Assembly: GCA_951406725.2 (NCBI GenBank)
Contig: OX597815.1
Span: 97,216,001 to 97,280,000 of the forward strand
Reading direction: 5' to 3'
From: Octopus vulgaris
Taxonomy: Eukaryota
Length of the DNA: 64,000 nt
The notes beneath the pieces are model-generated. The model was not told the origin of the DNA and made no database searches. It saw only the letters and a program-made list of their open reading frames with translations. Positions 56,028 through 64,000 of the stretch are shown one piece after another; the stretch's first letter is position 1; each line of letters begins with the position of its first letter. A program made the position numbers and the translations under genes.

Positions 56028-56102
56028 CTATGTACTAATTAGTTTCACTTGTTAATATTCACGTATATGTATACGCGAAAATCTGCAAGATCATCAGCAT
56101 AG
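56028..56102 (-). ncRNA. Type I minimal (PLE-type) hammerhead ribozyme with extended stem II
   Basis: Reverse complement reads ctatg-CTGATGA-tcttg...caagt-GAAAC-taatta-GTA-catag. Stem I ctatg/catag is perfect and loop III (TAATTA) is palindromic. Confidence 0.8.
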
Positions 56103-56376
56103 TCTGTCGGATTTTTTTAATATGCTAGGCCACTGGTTTTAATCGATTAATATCAATTTCTACCCTTATTCAATTTTAAATAATAAAAAAAATGTTCTCT
56201 AAAGGTAAATTGAATGCTGCAATTTATTAACTGCAGAGTAGATTTTCGATCTCAGCGCGCCAAAATGAAGGCATTTGAAAGATACACATAATTATGATTT
56301 GTTGAACTCTATGCATGTGGGATTCCGGTCATGCGTTATGTATCTGGTTCTGGAAATTATGTTTGTAAACGACAGA

Positions 56377-56451
56377 CTGTGCTGATGATCTTGCAGATTT
56401 TCGCGTATATATATACGTGAATATTAACAAGTGAAGCTAATTAGTACATAG
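56377..56451 (+). ncRNA. Inverted copy of the 56028-56102 hammerhead with a core mutation (GAAA>GAAG)
   Basis: ctgtg-CTGATGA-tcttg...caagt-GAAGC-taatta-GTA-catag. Confidence 0.65.
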
Positions 56452-56675
56452 GTAATCGTTTTTTATTTCCTATATTTTCATTTGTCTTGATTATTTTTTA
56501 CACTTTGGTTTTGTGCTGAGTTTTTTCTTGAGAACACATTCTTCGTGGAAAATAGCGATTTTGACGTCTATGTCTAGCATATTGAGTGTCCACTTTTAGT
56601 GGTCAGTCCTTTAAATTCTGTATGCAAAAAATATATATAAATATATATATATACATGCATGCATACATACATACG

Positions 56676-56713
<38 letters not shown>

Positions 56714-57655
56714 TGATATATGCACGTTTATGCTGACACATAAACGCGTACGCGCGCACACACGCACTCATAGATATGCATTCCTCGTTCGTATAATTCC
56801 GTTAGGTATTGCTTCACTAGCATTTCCTGAATTGCGTTACAATGTTAATCTAGGACAAATAATGAAAATTTTTATTTGAATGACTTTTCTCGTTGCATGT
56901 AATGCAACTACTCGTCCGTTCTAGAATAGGACTTTCCATGTAGGGGCTATATCGTTACGAGTTACGTGAGGGAAGTTCTAGAAGTAAGCGGCCATTATCT
57001 GCTTAGAAACAGCGAGTAGAGAATACATAAAAATTGACTGGAATCCCGATGTGATGACCGAGGTACGGCAATGATTATGATACTGTCGGTGTTTGTTGGA
57101 AATTTTCCATATGCTGTGTGTACATCCTTATCTACATATGCAAATATAAATGTGTGTCACAATCTTGCATTTGTGAGGCAATAGAATTTGAAGAGCTATG
57201 ATTATGATGACGTATACTAAGGTTCCTGGCTATACATTACTCCAGAATATTCTAAGTGAACCTAATAATTAATTTCTTTGGAAACATTCAAATAAAAGAC
57301 GCATGCCCCTCTAACTGCTACCCTTTTTATAAGGAAGATAATCATTCCCGCTATAATATGAAGTAGAATTCGACATTTCAGTTAGAAATTTAAATATTGC
57401 TGGGAAAAGAATGTATACACTTCGTATATCTATTTATTTTTATTTACTACGAGGTTCTAAAAATTTCTCACGAAGAAAATATTCTGGACAAATTTGAAGA
57501 AACATCAATCAAGCAAAATTCAGGTGAGTGATGTTTAAGAAGAGGTGTGGAAAATTTCACAGGATGTTTACGCGATAAGGATGTTTATTATAGATACTCA
57601 GTAAATGATAAAAATTAGGTATATTTTTATAAACTTAATATTGTTTTGTGTTTAT

Positions 57656-57870
57656 AAGGCAGCGAGCTGGTACAATCGTTAGCACGTAGGGGGAACTGCT
57701 TAGCAGCATCCCGTCCGTCTTCATGTTCTGAGTTGATATTCCTGCGAGGTCAACTTTGCCTTTAATCTCTTTCGGGGTCGATTCAATAATTACCAGTTGA
57801 GCACTGGAGTCGACGTAATCGACTTATCCCCTGCCCGAAATTGTTGGCCTTGTGCCAATAATTTGAAATC
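57656..57870 (+). mobile_element. SINE family B copy (monomeric)
   Basis: aaggcagcgagctggtacaatcgttagc ... gaggtcaactttgcctttaatctctttcggggtcgat ... ggccttgtgcc. Confidence 0.8.
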
Positions 57871-59105
57871 AATATCAAGGTATTTGTGCTAACTTGTCTA
57901 AAAGATGAGAACTTCGACAACACGCACCATCAATTTCATCGTTCCAGCAACAGTCAACAGAAGCACCATATTCAACAAGGCTACCACCACCACCATCAAA
58001 ACAATAAAGCACTAGCACCAGCGTTACCGTGTTGTTTTCGACATGCAATAGCTTAAAGAATTATGGGCAAGGGAAAGAAAAAAATCTTAATTTATTAAAA
58101 TATAATTTAAAATCATTCTTGTTTTCGATTCTCTGATGTCACGTAATAAATATTTCCTCATTCGTTATTTGGCTGTAGCGATCAAGTCTCTAGCCGTGCT
58201 GGAGCACTGTCTGTATTTTATCTTCAAATATAGGTAGACTGTTTTCGATTTATCTACTCTTCCATTTCCATCGATTCTGTCAAAATAATATCGTAAATTG
58301 CTGTTCAAGTGTCTAATATAAAATATTTCTCTGAAATTACTCATGTTTTCAAATCTCTCAGGGTATTTATAATTGACATTTGTAACTGATGTAAATGACT
58401 GCCAGGATAGATTATTGTGCTTCTTTCAAAACAGGGACAAATCAACAGTTTATACAATTCCTCAGACAGAGATATGAAAGCCTAGTGTATTCACTCATAA
58501 ATGCACTCAATTATGTTAATGTTCATCACAAAACTAATGTATAACATATAGTAGAAAATCAGGAACATATATGCACGCAAAAGTAATTATATATACACAT
58601 ATATACACACACATACACACACTCAAAGACAGAACTACAGGCACCCATATATATGTTTATGTAATAATGGGTTTATATGTTTGTATGTATGCATGCATGT
58701 GTCTATGCAAGTTGTTCAGTTTTATTTCAAAGTTCTTGCCAACAGAAAACGATTTGGTTTGTATCCTAGAACCAAGGTCCTTCACTGGAATTTCAACAAA
58801 GTCAGCAGTGTATTTGTGGATGTTTATTTGTATGTAGGCTATAGTTGGAGTCCTTGCATGTGCAAATTAATATGGTGTCTGTTATGTATCGATGCTCATG
58901 CATATAGTTGCAAGTCTAGACATAAGCAAATATGCCTAAATGCAAAATTTCTGGAGAGATTTACAAATGTTAAGAGTTCCATTGATGGCTGGAATCTATC
59001 GTTCTAATTTGATTTCACGTTTCTGGTTTTGAAAAGCTTACTTTCTCAAGATTGTTGCTTAGGTAGTGTATGTATAACACTGAGAAATAGATAGAGAGAT
59101 AGACT

Positions 59106-59184
<79 letters not shown>

Positions 59185-60851
59185 TACGAATATATTTGGA
59201 TGGCTAAAAAATAAACTTCGCACCGATAAGGATACAGTTTCTATCCCACTGCAGGCCATCGTGTGTCATAATTTTTTTGCAGCCAGAGGCCGACCTGTGT
59301 GTAAGTCAAATTTGGTGGACTTCTACAAGCCCCAGAAACAGATCAAGACGTTTGCATCTATAAGCCATACTTCACGGCATTGACTCTCCATTAGACTTAG
59401 ATTGCGTTTACATGTATATGTGGAATGACCAGCCAATCAAACAAACATCTAAGTAGTTCACTTGAACGAGTTACTATGTCTTTATTTTTGAGACTAACGA
59501 TGAGAACATTTACTATTAATATTTTACTTACACTATTAATTTCTTGCAAATTTGAGTTACGGTCATCTGATGTTTCTGATCTCTCTTGCAATGCAAAAAT
59601 GTTCTTTCGTTTGAGAATGCGGGTGAAGATTTAGTTCACCTAGAAATAGTGGGAAACAACAAATATTTTGTTTTTATAAGTGACATCAGTAATTTAACCC
59701 AGAACCTTGTGATGGGACTCACGCTATCGCTTTGTAGGCAGAAACAAAAGAAATTTATACCTGTTTCGAGGAAGTTAATTTCCGTCGCTTAAGCAAGTGG
59801 GAAAATCTTTGTATTCTGCATACGAAGTGTAGCTTATTTACGAGCGCTTTCTTCTGGCCAAAGTCAACATCATTTGATTATGAAAAATTCTTTTGTTGAA
59901 AAATTCTCAAGTCAATCATAATAGTAATAATAATAATAAACTATCATCATTTCTAGACCCTATTTCTATCCCGCTAACAAAGGATTCTGTGTTACACTTT
60001 TAATAAGGAAGATATTATTAACTAAATATAAAGAAGCGACCACAGTATTTGAAGTAGAAGTCTTTGAAATGTTCCATACTACATTAACTGGAGAACTGAA
60101 AGGAAATGCGCATATTTCTACTGATTAAATTTATTTCATTTTGCGAGGAAGTGTTATCACACTACTGCTCTAAGGAAGCTCTTACTTAGGTCAGGTTTAA
60201 AGAGAAAGAGATGTGGAGCAAATTAATTTACTGCATTGTTTTCTACTTGCTACATCAGGGGCTGATTGCATAACATTTCTTGTCTTTGAATCCGGCCTAC
60301 CAGTGTTTCCTTGTCATAGATCACTTTCTCGAATATCTCTTTATTAAATGAGCGGAGAAGTAACTCTTTGGTAATAATCTATGACTATTTTTATGTTTAT
60401 TTAGTGACTGCTTTTTTCTTCCCTGGCAAACATTTCTTTTCTAATTATAAGAAAATGCGATGAGATAGCTTTGATGCGCTGCAAGAAACTAATGGTGATG
60501 CTGTTCGGGTTATGCAATGGTAATTTTAACATGGTGTGGTTGTGTATGCAAATATTTATACTTTATAAACACAAAGATATGAACGCACGCGCACGCGCAC
60601 ACATATGCACGTATACGTGACAAATTCATATTCGGTAAAAATCTTATAGTATACTGTTTAGAGCTCGTTCATAATAACCAGCTTTCTCAGGGGAATTTTC
60701 AAAAATACCCGTTTTATATTTGCCTTCCTTTATTAAACCTTTAATCAACTGCATTCTATCAATGTATGTCACATATTTGGATGAATGTGTGTGTTAGAGA
60801 CGGTTACTAAATGTCTGCGGTATTTGATTAAGAGTGTATCTTACTGCGACC

Positions 60852-61412
60852 AAGGCAGTGAGCTGGCAGAAACGTTAGCGCGCCGGACAAAATGCTTAGC
60901 GGTATTTCGTCTGCCGTTACGTTGTGAGTTCAAATTCCGTCAAGGTCGACTTTGCCTTTCATTGTTTCGGGGTCGATAAATTAAGTACCAGTTTCGTACT
61001 GGGGTCGTTTGTCTGTCCGTGTTTGTCCTCTCTGTGTTTAGCCCCTTGTGGGTAGTAAAGAAATCGGTATTTCGTATGCTGTTACGTTCTGAGTTCAAAA
61101 TTTCGCCGAGGTCGACTTTGCCTTTCATCCTTTCGGGGTTGATAAATTAAGTATCAGTTACGCACTGGGGTCGATGTAATCCACTTAATCCGTTTGTCTG
61201 TCCGTGTTTGTGCCCTCTGTGTTTAGCCCCTTGTGGGTAGTAAAGAAATAGGTATTTCGTCTGTCTTACGTTCTGAGTTCAAAATCCACCTTGGTCGATT
61301 TTGCCTTTCATCATTTCGGGGTCGATAAATTAAGTACCAGTTGCATACCGGGATCGATCTAATCGACTGGCCCCTACAACAAAATTTCGGGCATTTGTCT
61401 GGCGTAGAAAAC
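60852..61412 (+). mobile_element. tRNA-derived SINE family B with an internally triplicated B-box/core module
   Basis: One head (aaggcagtgagctggcagaaacgttagc) followed by three copies of ggtatttcgt...gagttcaaa...ggtcgactttgcctttcatcctttcggggtcgataaattaagtaccag starting at 60901, 61066 and 61251. Confidence 0.85.
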
Positions 61413-63022
61413 GGTATTTTAATACAACCAAATTAAAATCTTAAGAAAAAGAGATATTTTAAAGAATAGTGAAATTACGTGCACGCATTGTATAATTACA
61501 TGAAGTCTATTTTTCTCGTCATAATATATGAAATATATACATACATAAATACATAAATAAATGCATAGATGCACAAACACGTACAGTTGTATACCTATGA
61601 TGAGAGAGGGGGAGATGGAATTTAGTGAAACAGAGACAACGCGATCAAGCAGTTAGTTATGAAGTTCCTGGAGGCACGTTATTTTGGTAGACGGAAACTC
61701 TGTGGAAGTAAGTCCCACATAACATAACGGTAAGGTAAATGAGTCTGAGAGAAAACGCACCAGATTGAAAAAATAAGTAGCGGTGTCTATTCGTGCGACT
61801 AACCTCTTTAAGCCGGTACCTCAGCATGGACGCAATTCAAGTGAAACAAATAAAAAATAAACACGAGTATATATAAGTGTGTATGCGTTTGTATACATTT
61901 ATGTGTGTGTGTGTGTGTGTGTGCCCGCGCTCGCGTGCGTGTGTACTTGTGTGTTTCTATTACCAACATCAAAAACACTGCTATGAAAATTAAATAAACG
62001 AAAGTGAAGTCTGGCTTTGCATGTAATCTGTCTGGAGTTGCTGTCGCAACGCGAAAGTGATATTTTGGTTGTCTTATTTTCGTTTATATAAAGACCAAGT
62101 TATTTAAGTTTTTAAATTTCAGTATTAACACTATATGATCGTAATAGAAAATATTTAATTTTGATAAACGACAAAACAGACCTTCATTGCTATTGTATAC
62201 TCCAATTATATTGATTTCTGTTAAGCAGCAGTCAGGGGAAAATATTTTCAGATACGTTATGCCAAGGTATTTAACAAGATTCTTTTATTGTCCTGACTGC
62301 AATACCCCCGAGAGCAATGTTGCCTTTATCTTTTTGATGTGCGTTAAACAACTACCAGTCAAGCATCTTAATCGATTAATCAGATTGTCTCCTAACTCAT
62401 GAAAAATTGGCAGTATATCTCTGGTCTTATTCAAAGCAATTCACTAGTTAACAGGGATTTCTTTCCGTAATTCACAGATCTGCTAGATATATATGCGCAG
62501 TGTCCCTCAAATCGTATTCTACTCTCTTTAAAAATATAAATACGGTTCAGAAGATGATGTCTAAAAAATAGATCAGATTGTTATGGCAGAAATGCATTTA
62601 ATATTAATTATTTCATTAAGAACTCACTTTGAAAAACAGCAATAGCAAATACTAGTTTTATTATATGCCTATTCTTTCAGTATAAAAGTGCTTGGGTTTC
62701 GATAATTTAATATATATTGTTTGCCTTAAATATCATACAAATTCAATGAAAAATAAACAAACTTTTCTCCTCCATTTTATTTTCCTAAAACTCTTATCTA
62801 TTTCAGATCTCGAAAATAGAATAATAAATCGAAACAAATAGAGTTCAAGCGAATTTTTTTATAAGAGATGGAATTTTTCCAAAAGAGATAAAAAAATAAA
62901 TTGTTTTGCTGTATTTTCCAGCATTGGTTCTATAACGGTTCATAATTTTTCAATTGTTATTGTAAGAATATCACCATATACTTGGAAATCATACATAAAA
63001 GCAGACTCATTTAACCGATATT

Positions 63023-63099
<77 letters not shown>

Positions 63100-63185
63100 T
63101 TATCTATCTATCTAACTATCTATCTATCTGTTAATCTCCCTAACTACATATCTATATAGACATACATACGTATAGATATACATAC

Positions 63186-63234
<49 letters not shown>

Positions 63235-63574
63235 TGTGTGTGTGTGTCTTGATAGCCCAAGTACTGGGCTATCAAAACTATCAGATTATCAGGCCATAGC
63301 CAAAATCCTTCAGGTGTAGAAAGTCCAAGTTTCACGACCATTATACCGTCAAATGGGTTTAGCAAAAGTGTAAATAATCGAATAAAAAAAAGAGAAATGG
63401 CAAATAGTTTTTACTATGAGTTTCAATTGTTCCCGCATGTATGTATATATGTATGTCTGTATGTATGCATGTATGCATGTGTGTATGTATGTATGTATGT
63501 GTGTATGTTTGTATGTATGTATGTATGTATATGTATGTCTATATCTACCTGTCTATCTATCAATATATATATAT

Positions 63575-63945
63575 AGGCGCAGGCGTGGCTATGTGGTAAG
63601 AAGCTTGCTTTTGCACCAAATGGTTCCAGTTTCAATCCCACTGCGTGGCACCTTGGACATGTTTGTTCTACTATAGCTTCGGGCTAACCAAAGCCTTATG
63701 AATTGATTTTGTAGACGGAAACTGAAAGAAGCCCGTCGCATATGTATGTGTATCTGTCTGTCTGTGTTTGTCCCTACCCCCGCCATCACTTGATAAACGA
63801 CGTTGGTGTTTTTACGTCCCCTAACGTAGCGAAGGAATAGATACTAGACTTACAAAGAATAAGTACGGGGTCGATTTCCTCGACTAAACGCAGTGCTCCG
63901 GCATGGCGGCAGTTAAATGACTCAAGCAAGTAAAAGAATAAAAGA
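63575..63945 (+). mobile_element. SINE family A copy
   Basis: aggcgcaggcgtggctatgtggtaagaagcttgc ... gtagacggaaactgaaagaagcccgtcg ... gcatggcggcagttaaatgact...aagaataaaaga. Confidence 0.85.
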
Positions 63946-64000
63946 ACATATATATATATCATTGCTATTATGTCAAAAGTTTTCTACCGTCCATCCTGCA

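Larger units (their letters stand above)
55768..56634. mobile_element. ORF-less PLE pseudo-LTR/retrozyme-like element with interleaved inverted repeats
   Basis: 55768-55835 is inverted relative to 56107-56174, and 55844-56109 is inverted relative to 56370-56634. Each long arm holds one hammerhead. Bounded by TA-rich repeats. Confidence 0.7.

Noticed and set aside
60901-61345. CRISPR-like repeat-spacer array
   Set aside because: The units are 165-185-bp SINE modules with homologous 'spacers', in a eukaryotic context with no cas genes.

Overview
AT-rich, microsatellite-saturated eukaryotic DNA. The SINE families and repeat load suggest an octopus/coleoid cephalopod (inference). The only host coding sequence I can support is one 258-bp symmetric (phase 1-1) exon on the + strand at 36809-37066. 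It encodes part of the amino-terminal domain of a kainate-type ionotropic glutamate receptor, so most or all of the rest is probably intron. The flanking sequence is full of dead transposons: a full-length mariner, an RTE LINE with a nested deleted mariner, a Dong/R4-type LINE end inside (TAA)n, a Tx1-type LINE end inside (CTAT)n, three Penelope-like (PLE) protein remnants, a probable Helitron piece with 23-aa STPR-like repeats, and two or three tRNA-derived SINE families. The most striking signal that the ORF track misses is a set of type I hammerhead ribozyme (HHR) motifs. They sit in short, ORF-less, (TA)n-anchored elements built from direct and inverted repeats (35.3-35.9, 44.4-45.1 and 55.5-56.7 kb). 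One is a 132-bp palindrome carrying an intact HHR on each strand. All protein-family and RNA-structure calls were made by eye; no searches were run.
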